Origin: Planctomycetota bacterium
Lineage (GTDB): Bacteria > Planctomycetota > B15-G4
NCBI GenBank assembly: GCA_038212275.1
Contig: JBBQUR010000004.1
Location: 32,001-96,000, forward strand
Reading direction: 5' to 3'
Length of the DNA: 64,000 bases
This document shows positions 38,620 to 51,505 of this stretch, piece after piece. The translations under genes and the position numbers were made by a program. Position 1 is the stretch's first letter; each line of letters starts with the position of its first letter. The notes under the pieces are model-generated. The model had not been told where the DNA came from. It ran no database searches and was given only the letters and a program-made list of their open reading frames with translations.

Positions 38620-39222
38620 TCAGTCGGTGTCGCGAGGAGCCGCACGCGCGACGATGACCTGCGCTTCACGCAGCAACCTGTCGTGCAGCCGGTAGCCCGG
38701 CGCGGCGACGTGCAGAATCGCGCCCGGCGCGACCTCGTTGCTGGGCTGCTCCATGAGCGCGCGGTGGCTGTTCGGGTCGAGCACCTGGCCGCGCGCCGCG
38801 GGCACGGCCGTGACGCCGTGCGCAGCCAGCACGCTCAGGAACTGCTGTTCGATGAGCTGCAGCCCGTGGAGGAAAGTCGGGTCGATGTCCGCCGGCGGAG
38901 CCGCGAGAGCGCGCTGCAGATTGTCGAGCACCTCGAGCAGGCCGGTGAGCACGGGCGCCGCGCCGTAGCGGCGCGCGCTGTCCACGTCGAGTCGCATGGC
39001 GCGGCGCACGTTCTCGATGTCGGCGCGCGCTCTCAACCACTTGTCCTGCATCTCGACGAGCTGCTGCGCGACCTCCTCTGTACCGTTGCCCTCGTCGTCC
39101 GAGGCAGCGCCACCCAGCTTGCCCCGCGACGATTCGAGGTCGGGAACGCCAGGAGTGCGCTCGGAGGCGGCGCCGAAGTCGTCGTCGGGTTGCTGTTCGT
39201 CGTGTCCGGTGTGTCTTGGCAT
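38620..39222 (-). CDS. grpE: Nucleotide exchange factor GrpE
   Basis: LRARADIENVRR, LLEVLDNLQRAL, DPNSHRA, GYRLHDRLLREAQV. Confidence 0.93.
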   Translation of the reverse strand: MPRHTGHDEQQPDDDFGAASERTPGVPDLESSRGKLGGAASDDEGNGTEEVAQQLVEMQDKWLRARADIENVRRAMRLDVDSARRYGAAPVLTGLLEVLDNLQRALAAPPADIDPTFLHGLQLIEQQFLSVLAAHGVTAVPAARGQVLDPNSHRALMEQPSNEVAPGAILHVAAPGYRLHDRLLREAQVIVARAAPRDTD

Positions 39223-39240
39223 GGGCTGAGTTGCGAGGAC

Positions 39241-40380
39241 CTATTCGAAGAGGTCCTTGACCTTGTCGAGGAACGACTTTCGCTGAGGAGACGCATGGCC
39301 ATCATCGATGCTCATGAACTCGGTGAGCAGTTCCTTCTGGCGCGAGCTGAGCTTGCGGGGTGTCTCGAGCTGCACGCGCACGATGAGGTCGCCCTGCCCG
39401 TGACCGTAGACGGACGGCATGCCCATGTTGCGCAGGCGGAAGAGCTTTCCGCTCTGCGTGCCCGCCGGAATCTTGAGTTCGGCCGCGCCGGCAAGGGTGG
39501 GGACTTCGATGTCCGCGCCGAGCGTGGCCTGGCCGAAGGAGATCGGCATCTCGCAGAGCAGGTCGTCGCCCTCGCGCTGGAAGAGAGCGTGCGACGCGAC
39601 CTCGACCTCGACGAAGAGGTCGCCCCGGGGGCCGCCCTCGCTGCCTGGCTCGCCTTCGCCCTCGACGCGCAACTGCTGCCCGGTCTGGATGCCGCGCGGG
39701 ATGCGCACCTTGATGTCGCGTTCCTGGGGCTTCGTGCCCGAGCCGGAACAGCCCTTGCAAGGATCCTTGATGAGCTTTCCCTTGCCGCGGCACGCCGGGC
39801 AGGTCGTCTGCATCATGAAGAAGCCCTGGCTGCGCTGCACCTGGCCGTGACCGCCGCAGGTGCTGCAGCGCTCGGGCCTGGTGCCCTTCTTCGCGCCGCT
39901 CCCGCCGCAATCTCCGCAATGTTCGTTGCGGTGGATGCTGACCGTGCGCTCGATGCCGTCGAAGGCCTGCTTGAGCGTCAGCGAGAGGCTGATGCGCAGG
40001 TGGCTTCCCTGGCGTGGCCCGTTGCGCGACTGCTGCCCGCCGAACAACCCGCTGAGGATGTCGTTGAGGCCGCCGCCTCCGCCGCCGCGACCGCCGAAGA
40101 GACTCTCGAAGATGTCCCTGGGGTCGGCGCCGCTGGACTGGAAGCCACGGCCGCGCAGGCCGTCGTGACCGTACTGGTCGTAGGTCCGGCGCTTCTCCGC
40201 ATCGGAGAGCACCTCGTAGGCCTCGGCAGCCGCCTTGAAGTTCTCACCCGCGTCCGGATCGTCCTTGTTCCGGTCCGGGTGGTACTTCAGGGCCAGCTTG
40301 CGGTAGGCCTTCTTGAGCTCTTCGTCGGAGGCGGTGCGGTCAACGCCCAGAATCGCGTAATAGTCGCGGGTGGCGGCCAT
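39241..40380 (-). CDS. dnaJ: Molecular chaperone DnaJ
   Basis: [17 protein letters not shown] region, four CxxCxGxG repeats. Confidence 0.97.
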   Translation of the reverse strand: MAATRDYYAILGVDRTASDEELKKAYRKLALKYHPDRNKDDPDAGENFKAAAEAYEVLSDAEKRRTYDQYGHDGLRGRGFQSSGADPRDIFESLFGGRGGGGGGLNDILSGLFGGQQSRNGPRQGSHLRISLSLTLKQAFDGIERTVSIHRNEHCGDCGGSGAKKGTRPERCSTCGGHGQVQRSQGFFMMQTTCPACRGKGKLIKDPCKGCSGSGTKPQERDIKVRIPRGIQTGQQLRVEGEGEPGSEGGPRGDLFVEVEVASHALFQREGDDLLCEMPISFGQATLGADIEVPTLAGAAELKIPAGTQSGKLFRLRNMGMPSVYGHGQGDLIVRVQLETPRKLSSRQKELLTEFMSIDDGHASPQRKSFLDKVKDLFE

Positions 40381-40384
40381 CAAC

Positions 40385-41989
<1,605 letters not shown>

Positions 41990-42132
41990 GATCGTGGGTC
42001 TCTCGTGCAGTGGTCACCGCGCAGGAAGGCGGCGGACCGGAGGGAATGAGATGTGTCGGGTGGGGCGGGACGATGCGCCTCGCGCGTCGGCGCGAAGCGT
42101 GAGCGAGCCGTGATGCCGGCGCCGCGCGGCAA

Positions 42133-42423
42133 TCAGCCGCAGCGGGCCAGGACCTCGCTCTCGCGAAGGATCTTGAACTCGATCTCGTTGATGGTGACCT
42201 CGGTGCCGGCGTACTTGCCGAAGATCACCTGGTCGCCGATCTTGAGACTCATCGGGACGCGCGTGCCATTCTTGAGCAGCTTGCCGGTGCCGACGGCGGT
42301 CACCTTGCCACGCTGCGGCTTCTCGCGCGCAGCGTCGGGCAGCACGATGCCGCCGGCAGTCTTCTCCTCGGCGTCGAGGACCTCGATCACGATGCGGTCG
42401 TCCAGGGGCTTGATGGTGGTCAT
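42133..42423 (-). CDS. groS: Co-chaperonin GroES
   Basis: [37 protein letters not shown]. Confidence 0.96.
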   Translation of the reverse strand: MTTIKPLDDRIVIEVLDAEEKTAGGIVLPDAAREKPQRGKVTAVGTGKLLKNGTRVPMSLKIGDQVIFGKYAGTEVTINEIEFKILRESEVLARCG

Positions 42424-42505
42424 GTGTCGTGTTTCCTGTTTCGTTGAGTGCGTGTGTTGACGTTGCGCGTGCGGGGAGGCTCGGTCGGTCGGTGTGGGGC
42501 GGGGC

Positions 42506-44197
<1,692 letters not shown>

Positions 44198-44268
44198 GGG
44201 CTTCTTGCTCCAGATGCGATGCAATGCGGTGCGATGGTCACGGTGGACCATGGGCGCGCTGGGCAGTG

Positions 44269-44284
44269 AGCAAACCGGGGGCCA
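44269..44284 (-). promoter_or_regulatory. Putative sigma54 (-24/-12) promoter of the groEL operon
   Basis: Minus strand TGGCCCCCGGTTTGCT: GG-N10-GC with TTGC, about 70 nt upstream of the groEL ATG. Confidence 0.55.
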
Positions 44285-44376
44285 AAGTTGCGCGTCAGGC
44301 GAGCACGCGTAACGGCCTTGAGAAAAAGGGTTTGCAGCGCTAATGTCGGTCGAGCCGTGCGAAGTCGCGAGGGATC

Positions 44377-44432
44377 TGCCAGCTTGGCATCGGGTCCGCG
44401 CGAGTTGTCGAGGCATGTCTGCCACATTGGCG
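44377..44432. promoter_or_regulatory. Pair of TGCCA-N3-TGGC(A/G) palindromes, candidate activator sites
   Basis: TGCCAGCTTGGCA (44377-44389) and TGCCACATTGGCG (44420-44432), 43 bp apart. Confidence 0.5.
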
Positions 44433-44448
44433 CTGAGGTTTGAAACGG

Positions 44449-45843
44449 ATGCCGGCCTTTGCTGCTTGCCTCTTCTGGCTGCTCGTTGCGCCTGCTCTCG
44501 CGTCGGCGCAGGAAGCGGCAACTGCAGGCGCCGCCGAACGCGTCGCGACGTCGCTCCCGTCCCGGGCCGGTGAGCGCGAAGTCCTCCCCGGCTCCGGCGC
44601 GGTGCGGATGCTCCTGCGTGACGGCCGCTTCCTCGAAGGGCGCCTGCTCGGCCTCGAGGGTGAGGATCTGCTCCTGGCTGCTTCGATCGAAGGCGGGGCG
44701 CCCACGCGCGTGCCGCTGGCCGATCTGGTGGCGCTCGCTCAGGGCAAGACCGGCACGGTGACCGCGACACCGGACAGCAGCGCCGCCGCACCGGCTCCCG
44801 ATGTCCTCGACCTTTCCAGCGTCGCCGTTCGATCGGGCCCGGGTGGCATCGCGTCGGACGCGCCGCCGCAAGGCCTTCGCGGTGATCGCCTCATGGGCCG
44901 TCTGCTCGGCGGGGATGCGGACGGAGTGCGCTTCGAGTTGTCCGGCGCCCTGCCGTTCGGCGTGCCGTTCGAAGCCATCACGCGGCTGCTGCCCCACGCG
45001 ACAGGGCCGCTGGACCGCCTCGCCCTGCTTCCGGGCGCCGAGGCCGACGATCGCCTCTGGCGCCTCGGCAAGGACGGCACACCCGACAGCCTGACGGGCG
45101 TGGTGGAGAGCGTGAACGATGGCAAGGTCGTGTTCGCAAGCGCACTCGGGACGCTGCCGTTCAGCCTGGGCGACGTGCTCGCCATCGTGTTCGCGCCCGA
45201 AGCGCGCCCGACCGGGCCACTGCCCGGCGTGCACGTCGTCGTGCGCCTGCGCGACGGCTCACGGATCGATGCGGGCCTGCTCGAGTGGCACGACGGCCGT
45301 TGCGTGCTCGCCACGCGCTTCGCCGCGCGCCTCGAACTGCCCACCGTCGCCGTGGCCTCGCTCGTGCGCAGCGACGGCCCCTTCGTGCTGCTGGCGGACC
45401 TGCCGCCGTCGCGCGTCGAGCAATGGCCCACGTTCGGCGCGCCCGCCGACTTCCTCTTTCCGTGGCGCAAGGATCTCTCCGTGACGGGGCAGCTCCTCTC
45501 CGTGGGCAGCGTGTCGCGGGCCACGGGGCTCGGCGTGCACAGCAACAGCCGGCTGGCGTTCACCGTGCCCGCCGGAGCGTCCACGCTCTTCGTGACGGCG
45601 GGCCTCTGCGACGAGGTGAACGAGCTCCCGGCGCGCGGCAGCGTGAACTTCGAGCTGCGCGTCGACGGGGCGCTGCTCGCGGCCACGGGCCTCGTTCGTG
45701 AAGGCGAAGCCGCACGCACGCTGCGACTCGACGGCCTGCACGGCGGCGAGACCCTGGAACTCGTGACCCTCGATGGCGGCGACGACGACGCGGGCGACCG
45801 CGCCGCATGGGTCGATGGTGTCTTCCTGCTGGGTGGAGGCTGA
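44449..45843 (+). CDS. Secreted protein with C-terminal NPCBM/NEW2-like domain
   Basis: Signal ASA-Q; repeated LRDG..L.G units; [12 protein letters not shown]...[11 protein letters not shown]...GDRAAWVD. Confidence 0.72.
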   Translation: MPAFAACLFWLLVAPALASAQEAATAGAAERVATSLPSRAGEREVLPGSGAVRMLLRDGRFLEGRLLGLEGEDLLLAASIEGGAPTRVPLADLVALAQGKTGTVTATPDSSAAAPAPDVLDLSSVAVRSGPGGIASDAPPQGLRGDRLMGRLLGGDADGVRFELSGALPFGVPFEAITRLLPHATGPLDRLALLPGAEADDRLWRLGKDGTPDSLTGVVESVNDGKVVFASALGTLPFSLGDVLAIVFAPEARPTGPLPGVHVVVRLRDGSRIDAGLLEWHDGRCVLATRFAARLELPTVAVASLVRSDGPFVLLADLPPSRVEQWPTFGAPADFLFPWRKDLSVTGQLLSVGSVSRATGLGVHSNSRLAFTVPAGASTLFVTAGLCDEVNELPARGSVNFELRVDGALLAATGLVREGEAARTLRLDGLHGGETLELVTLDGGDDDAGDRAAWVDGVFLLGGG

Positions 45844-45844
45844 G

Positions 45845-47284
45845 GTGCCGGGCGCGCGGAGCGTCGCGACGATCGGCCGACGACTGCGCCTCGCGCTCGC
45901 TCTCGGCGCGGCGGCGCTGCTTTCCGGATGCCCGGACACGACATCCGCACCGGGCGCCGGGCAGACCGGAACGACGGACGCGCCCGGCGCGGTGTCCACT
46001 TCTTCGCGGCCGAAGGTCGCGATCTTCGGAGTGGACGGCGCCACCTTCACGGTCATCGACCCGCTGCTCGCCGCCGGGCGTCTCCCGAACCTCGCGGGAC
46101 TCATCGCGCGCGGCACGCGCCTCGTGCTGAAGAGTTCGCCCGAGTCCAGCGCCTCGCCGGTGCTGTGGGCGACGATCGCCACCGGCACGCTGATGGCCAC
46201 GCACGGCATCACGACCTTCACGCGCGAATCGCCCGAGGGACTGCGCATCTTCACCTCCGCGGATCGTCGCGTGCCGGCGCTCTGGAATCTCGTGGACGCG
46301 CGAGGCGGCAGCGTGGGCATCGTCGGCTACTGGAACACCTGGCCGGCCGAGGACGTGAAGGGCTTCATCGTGAGCGACCGCTTCGCGCACTCCATCTTCA
46401 GCCGCAACTTCGGCGAGGACCACGGACTGCGCCTCGTGCATCCGGAGTCGCTGACCGCCGAGCTTGCGCCCTGCGCTCTCGATCCTCAGGCCCTGTCGCG
46501 CTCGACACTCGAACGGCTCGGCCACTTCACCGACGCCGAGTGGGACGAATTGCTGCACGGCAACGATGACCTGCGCGAAGTGACGGGCAACGGCCTGGTC
46601 GCCCTGAAGTACGGACTGCAGTCGCAGGCCAGCAACGTGTGCGCGGCGCAGCGCCTGCTCCGCACGCAGGGACAGCCGGACCTGTTCATCGTCTTTCTGC
46701 CGCTGCCCGATCGCGTGGGTCACAACTTCTGGCACACCTACGCACCCGAGCAGGTGGACGGCGGACCCGGGAGCGTGGACGCCGGCTGGCGCGAGCGCTG
46801 GCACGACGTGATCCCGGCCGCGTACGAGATGGTGGATGAAGCCATGGGCGAGCTGCTCGCAGAGCTCGACAAAGACACGACGGTCTTCGTGATCTCGGAT
46901 CACGGCATGCAATCGGGTCGGACGAACGGCGGGACACCCGATCAGCTCGACAAGGTGGGCAAGTCCGGCGTGCATCACCCGGACGGCATCCTCGTGGCGG
47001 CGGGGCCGGCCATCCGCTCCAAGGGTCTCGCGGCGCCGACGTTGCTGGACATCGCGCCCACGGTGCTCGCGGCGATGGGGCTCCCGGGAGCCGCGCAGTG
47101 CGTGCGACCTCCGCTGACGTCGCTGCTTCACTCGGAGTTCCTCGCGCAGCATCCCGTGCTTCCGCCGCCGGCCGACCCCGACAAGTCGGGAGTCTCGCCG
47201 CTGCCCGGCGTGAATCTCGATACCGAAGCGATCGACGAGTTGAAGGCGCTGGGCTACCTGGGCGCGGACGGAAAGCTCCGATGA
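45845..47284 (+). CDS. Alkaline phosphatase superfamily (type I phosphodiesterase-like) lipoprotein
   Basis: Lipobox [48 protein letters not shown]; start approximate. Confidence 0.8.
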   Translation: MPGARSVATIGRRLRLALALGAAALLSGCPDTTSAPGAGQTGTTDAPGAVSTSSRPKVAIFGVDGATFTVIDPLLAAGRLPNLAGLIARGTRLVLKSSPESSASPVLWATIATGTLMATHGITTFTRESPEGLRIFTSADRRVPALWNLVDARGGSVGIVGYWNTWPAEDVKGFIVSDRFAHSIFSRNFGEDHGLRLVHPESLTAELAPCALDPQALSRSTLERLGHFTDAEWDELLHGNDDLREVTGNGLVALKYGLQSQASNVCAAQRLLRTQGQPDLFIVFLPLPDRVGHNFWHTYAPEQVDGGPGSVDAGWRERWHDVIPAAYEMVDEAMGELLAELDKDTTVFVISDHGMQSGRTNGGTPDQLDKVGKSGVHHPDGILVAAGPAIRSKGLAAPTLLDIAPTVLAAMGLPGAAQCVRPPLTSLLHSEFLAQHPVLPPPADPDKSGVSPLPGVNLDTEAIDELKALGYLGADGKLR

Positions 47285-48744
47285 GTCGTGCGCGCGCGAC
47301 CTTCCGACCACACGCGCGGCAGCGAGCCGTCGGCCTCGTCGCATGGCTTGCCTTGTGCGCATGCCTGCTCGCAGGTTGTGGCGACGAGGGCTCGCGCGCG
47401 ACGTCCTCGGCCGCGCCCGCCGCGCCCGCCGGGCCCGCCGGGCCCGCCTCGGGCACGGCAACGTCTCGTCCCAAGGTCGCCATCTTCTGCCTGGACGGCG
47501 CAACCTTCTCGGTGATCGATCCGCTGCTCGCGCAGGGCAAGCTGCCGACGCTGGCCGCCCTCATCGCGCGCGGTGCGCGCATGCCGCTGCGCTCGGCCGA
47601 CCCGCCGAAGAGTTCGCCCGTGCTCTGGGCCACGCTGTTCACCGGCACGAGCAAGGACGTGCACGGCATCCTGGCCTTCACCTACGTGGGTCCCGGAACG
47701 CGGCGCGCCTATGCCTCGACGGATCGACACGTGCCCGCACTCTGGAATCTCGTCGACAGCCGCGGCGGGACTGCCGGTGTCATCGGGCCGCTCACGACCT
47801 GGCCGGCCGAAGCCGTCAACGGCTACATGGTCACCGAGCGCTGGGGTCGCGGCACCTACGCCGAAGATCCGTCGATCACGCTTCCGGCCGTCGCGCTGAC
47901 CTCTCCCGACGCGCTGCTCGAGGAACTGGAGCCGTATCGCCCGCAGGCCGAGGCGCTTCGTCCCGCCGATCTCGCACCGCTCGGCACCTTCACGGAGGCG
48001 GAGTGGGAGCAGCTCATGCACGGCAACGCGGACAACGCGATGCTGCGCAACGGGCTTCTCGCGCTGCACTACGGCTTCCAGACGCAGGACGGCAACGTGA
48101 AGGCCGCGCTCCACCTGCTGCAGACGCGTCCGCAGCCCGATCTGTTCGTGGTCTTCATGGAACTGACGGATCGTGTGGGGCACCACTTCTGGCACGCGTG
48201 GCGTCCCGACGAGGTGCGGGGCGGCGCGGACGCCGTGGACGCCGGCTGGCGCGAGCGCTGGGCGAACGTGATCCCGGGCACCTACGAGCTGGCCGATGCG
48301 GCCATCGCGCGCATGCTGTCGGCGATGGATCCCGACACCACGGTCTTCATCGTCTCGGACCACGGCATGCAGGCGAGCGGCTGGAACGGCGGCAGCCCGA
48401 CGCAGCTGGCCGAGATGGGCGGCTCCGGCAAGCATCACATCGAGGGCGTGCTCATCGCGGCGGGACCTGCCATCGCGCACGGCGTGTCGATGCCTGCTTC
48501 GCTGTGGGACATCGCGCCGACGGTGCTCGCGGCGCTCGGATTGCCGGGCAGCCTGCAATGCGAGCACCCGCCGCTGAAGGAACTGCTCGCGAGCGACTTC
48601 CTCGCCCGGCATCCGCCGCAGGCTCCGCTTGTCGACGGGCCGGCCGCGGTGGCTCCGCGCACGTTGCCCGAGGGCTTGAACGACGAGATGCTCGAGCAGT
48701 TCAAGGCGATGGGTTACCTCGGCGCGGACGGCACCGACCGCTGA
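47281..48744 (+). CDS. Alkaline phosphatase superfamily lipoprotein, tandem paralog
   Basis: Lipobox [45 protein letters not shown] overlap. Confidence 0.8.
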   Translation: MSRARATFRPHARQRAVGLVAWLALCACLLAGCGDEGSRATSSAAPAAPAGPAGPASGTATSRPKVAIFCLDGATFSVIDPLLAQGKLPTLAALIARGARMPLRSADPPKSSPVLWATLFTGTSKDVHGILAFTYVGPGTRRAYASTDRHVPALWNLVDSRGGTAGVIGPLTTWPAEAVNGYMVTERWGRGTYAEDPSITLPAVALTSPDALLEELEPYRPQAEALRPADLAPLGTFTEAEWEQLMHGNADNAMLRNGLLALHYGFQTQDGNVKAALHLLQTRPQPDLFVVFMELTDRVGHHFWHAWRPDEVRGGADAVDAGWRERWANVIPGTYELADAAIARMLSAMDPDTTVFIVSDHGMQASGWNGGSPTQLAEMGGSGKHHIEGVLIAAGPAIAHGVSMPASLWDIAPTVLAALGLPGSLQCEHPPLKELLASDFLARHPPQAPLVDGPAAVAPRTLPEGLNDEMLEQFKAMGYLGADGTDR

Positions 48745-48761
48745 GCGTGCACCGCCGCCGC

Positions 48762-48789
48762 GATGTAACGCGGCGTCTTGCGGTCCGTC
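48762..48789 (+). promoter_or_regulatory. Putative ECF-sigma promoter TGTAAC-N16-CGTC
   Basis: GATGTAACGC...CCGTC, 9 nt before ATG48799; same layout as 16603-16630. Confidence 0.55.
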
Positions 48790-48798
48790 GAAGCGCCC

Positions 48799-49518
48799 AT
48801 GAAGAACACTTCGCTTCGTGCCGTGACGGTCGCGCTCGAGGAGCTGCAACCGGACGAGCTGCTTGCTGCCGTACTGCATCCGCAACTTTCCGCGCCGCAG
48901 GGTCGCGCCGTCGGCAGGCAGTTGCTCGAGGCTGCCGGCGGGCTGCCGCGGCTGGCGCGCATGTCGCCGAGGGAGTTGATGCGCGAATTGGGAGGCGCGT
49001 TCACAGCCAGCGAGGGGCGGCCGGCGGAGCGTGACGCGCAGTCCGGCGCGAGTGCCGCGCTGCGACTGGCCAGCGCCTTCGAGCTCGGGCGGCGCGCTGC
49101 CCGTGTGGAACTCGCGGCAGGTCAGGTGGTGCGCGGCATGGCGGATCTCGAGCCGCATCTGCGCGGACTGCTCGATGGCCGGCTCAAGGAGCTCTTCCTC
49201 GTCGTGTTGCTGGACGCCAAGAACCGTCCGCTGCGCACCGAGCGTGTGAGTGAAGGCTGTCTCACGTGGTCGGTCGTGCATCCGCGCGAGGTCTACGCTC
49301 CGGCGGTGCGCGAGAGCGCGGGCGCCGTCATCGTGGCGCACAATCACCCCAGCGGAGACCCGACGCCCAGCGCACAGGACATCGAGGTGACGGCGCGCCT
49401 CGGGAAGGTCGGCGAACTGCTCGGCATCCCGTTGCTCGACCACATCGTCGTCGGGCGACAGCGCTGTGTCTCCATGCGTGCCCAGGGACTCATGGGGCCA
49501 ATGACGGTGCCCGCGTGA
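48799..49518 (+). CDS. radC: RadC/UPF0758 JAB-domain protein
   Basis: LASAFELGRR, ELFLVVLLDAKN, VHPREV, AHNHPSGDPTPSAQD, LLDHIVVG. Confidence 0.92.
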   Translation: MKNTSLRAVTVALEELQPDELLAAVLHPQLSAPQGRAVGRQLLEAAGGLPRLARMSPRELMRELGGAFTASEGRPAERDAQSGASAALRLASAFELGRRAARVELAAGQVVRGMADLEPHLRGLLDGRLKELFLVVLLDAKNRPLRTERVSEGCLTWSVVHPREVYAPAVRESAGAVIVAHNHPSGDPTPSAQDIEVTARLGKVGELLGIPLLDHIVVGRQRCVSMRAQGLMGPMTVPA

Positions 49519-49568
49519 AGACGTGGAAGGCCGAGGGCTCGCCGGCTTCGCCGGAAGCGGTCGACGCC

Positions 49569-51137
49569 TCAGCCGCTGCGATGTTCCAGCGCCGTGCGTG
49601 CGCGAGTCAGGGCCTGCGTGCGCTGGTCCGGTGGCGCGGCGACGTCGAGGCCCTGGTCGTTGCCGGTCAGCGTGATGAGGCGCTGCAGGGCGGCGTAGGC
49701 CGTCTCGGCATCCGCGCTCGCCAGGTAGCCGATGAAGCTGTCGACGGGACGCGTGCCGTCGCACGCGAGCAACGCGGCCTCGATCGCCACGGCGAGATCG
49801 GGGAAGGCCGGGGCGGCAGCCGCCTCGTCTTGCAGGCGCAGCAGCTCGTCTCGCGCAGCCGGCAATCGCGTCTGAGCCAGCGCGTCGACGACGGCGAGCA
49901 GGACATCGGGCTCCTTGCGACGCCTTGCGGCCACCACGAGCTGGTCGGCCACGCCGGTCGCACCCGCCACGCGAGCCGCCTGTGCGGCGACGCTGCCGAC
50001 GCTGTCGTTGAGCAGCGGCTCGGCGGCCACGCTTGCGAGGCGCGCGCGCAGCTTGCCGTCCGCGACATCCACGAGCCGCTCCATGATCTCGAGGCAGTGC
50101 ACGCGCACGTAGTCATCCGGGTTCGCCAGCCCCAGGATCAGATAAGGCAGGACGGCAGGCCCTTGCTGCGCGAGCGTCCAGCGCGCGCCGTCGATCTGGC
50201 GCAGCTGGTAGGCGCCGAGGTGCGACACGAGCAGTCGCACGCGAGCCACCTGGCCCGGATCGTCCAGCGGTGCGGCGGCCCAGAGCGTCAGCCGTCGCTG
50301 CTGCCACCAGTCGCGCGCGGCCAGCACGGACTGCTCGCGCTGCGGCACGGGGGCGGAGGATCGGAAGCCGAAGTCCTGTCCGGCCAGAGCGCGCAGTCCC
50401 GGCAGCACGAGTTCCTGAGCCCAGGCCATCTGGGGGTTGCGGGTCCACGGCAACTCGACGTCCGGCGCCTGGAGCGACGTGCCCTCCGCGAGAATGAGAA
50501 GCATGAGCGGCACGCCCGAAGGATTGCCGAGACGCGCGAGGGCCGACGCCTGCGCCGCGCGCAACGCGATGGCGTCCGGCCTGTCGTAGTCGACGGGCCA
50601 CGGGCCGATGCCCTTGACCAGGCGCGGGATGGCGGCCTTGAAGTCGAAGCTGGCGAGATCGTCCGCGGCCGCGCAGGCGATGGGGATGCGTGGATCGCGC
50701 AGCGCCGCCATGAGCGTGGTGAGTGCGCTGCCCGCCTGGCTCGGCGCGAGTGCATCGAGTGCGTCGAGTCTCGCCGAGTCCGGTGTCAGCGCGAGAAGCG
50801 CGGTGTCAGGGGGCGTCTCGCCGGGCATCGGGGCGGCGAGCACGTCGCGCCAGAACCATTCACGATTGCCAGGTGTCACGCCGGGGAGCGGGGGGGCCGC
50901 GGTTTCCGGCGCGTGCGCGGTCGAGGCCGGGAGGGCGCCGGCTGCGCTCGTGGTGTCGGCAGCACTGCCGGGAGGCGTGGCGGGTGGCGCGCGCCCGGCG
51001 TCGCCGCACGCTGCCAGAGTCAGTGCGATGACGGTGCATCGCATGGCAGCGTGGCGCACGCGGCGCGATGCGCACTGCGCGGACGAGGCGGTGCGCGAGA
51101 GACGGTCGGGATGGGGTCGTGTGGGGGCCACGGGCAT
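49569..51137 (-). CDS. HEAT-repeat lipoprotein
   Basis: Lipobox LAAC; HEAT-like repeats, LRALAGQDFGF, DWW; start 51137 or 51044. Confidence 0.65.
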   Translation of the reverse strand: MPVAPTRPHPDRLSRTASSAQCASRRVRHAAMRCTVIALTLAACGDAGRAPPATPPGSAADTTSAAGALPASTAHAPETAAPPLPGVTPGNREWFWRDVLAAPMPGETPPDTALLALTPDSARLDALDALAPSQAGSALTTLMAALRDPRIPIACAAADDLASFDFKAAIPRLVKGIGPWPVDYDRPDAIALRAAQASALARLGNPSGVPLMLLILAEGTSLQAPDVELPWTRNPQMAWAQELVLPGLRALAGQDFGFRSSAPVPQREQSVLAARDWWQQRRLTLWAAAPLDDPGQVARVRLLVSHLGAYQLRQIDGARWTLAQQGPAVLPYLILGLANPDDYVRVHCLEIMERLVDVADGKLRARLASVAAEPLLNDSVGSVAAQAARVAGATGVADQLVVAARRRKEPDVLLAVVDALAQTRLPAARDELLRLQDEAAAAPAFPDLAVAIEAALLACDGTRPVDSFIGYLASADAETAYAALQRLITLTGNDQGLDVAAPPDQRTQALTRARTALEHRSG

Positions 51138-51216
51138 GCCGTGAGTTTGACATGGTGCCCTCGCGACCGGTATGCCAGCATCGCCGCCGTTTTCTCGGTA
51201 TCCGCCGGAGTCACCC

Positions 51217-51489
51217 ATGACCGCCCCCGAACTGGACAAGGATCTGCTCGAGATCCTCGCATGCCCCGAGACCAAGGAGCCGGTCATGCTGGCCGATGCG
51301 GCGCTCGTGAGCCGGGTCAACGCGGCCATCCAGGCCGGCAAGCTGCACTCGCGGGACGGGCAGGCCGTCACGCGGCCGGTGGATGGCGCCCTGGTGCGGA
51401 AGGACCGCAAGGTCCTGTATCCCGTGCGCGGCGGCATCCCGATCATGCTGATCGACGAGTCGATCCTGATCGACAGCGTCGGCGCCTGA
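51217..51489 (+). CDS. Trm112-like protein
   Basis: LDKDLLEILACPETK...LYPVRGGIPIMLIDE. Confidence 0.88.
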   Translation: MTAPELDKDLLEILACPETKEPVMLADAALVSRVNAAIQAGKLHSRDGQAVTRPVDGALVRKDRKVLYPVRGGIPIMLIDESILIDSVGA

Positions 51490-51505
51490 TCGACGGCCGG
51501 CCACC

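Noticed and set aside
44198..44448. CIRCE element upstream of groEL
   Set aside because: No TTAGCACTC-N9-GAGTGCTAA-like inverted repeat seen
48799..49518. radC as a marker of a mobile element
   Set aside because: Long chromosomal-type form among housekeeping and envelope genes; no mobility genes
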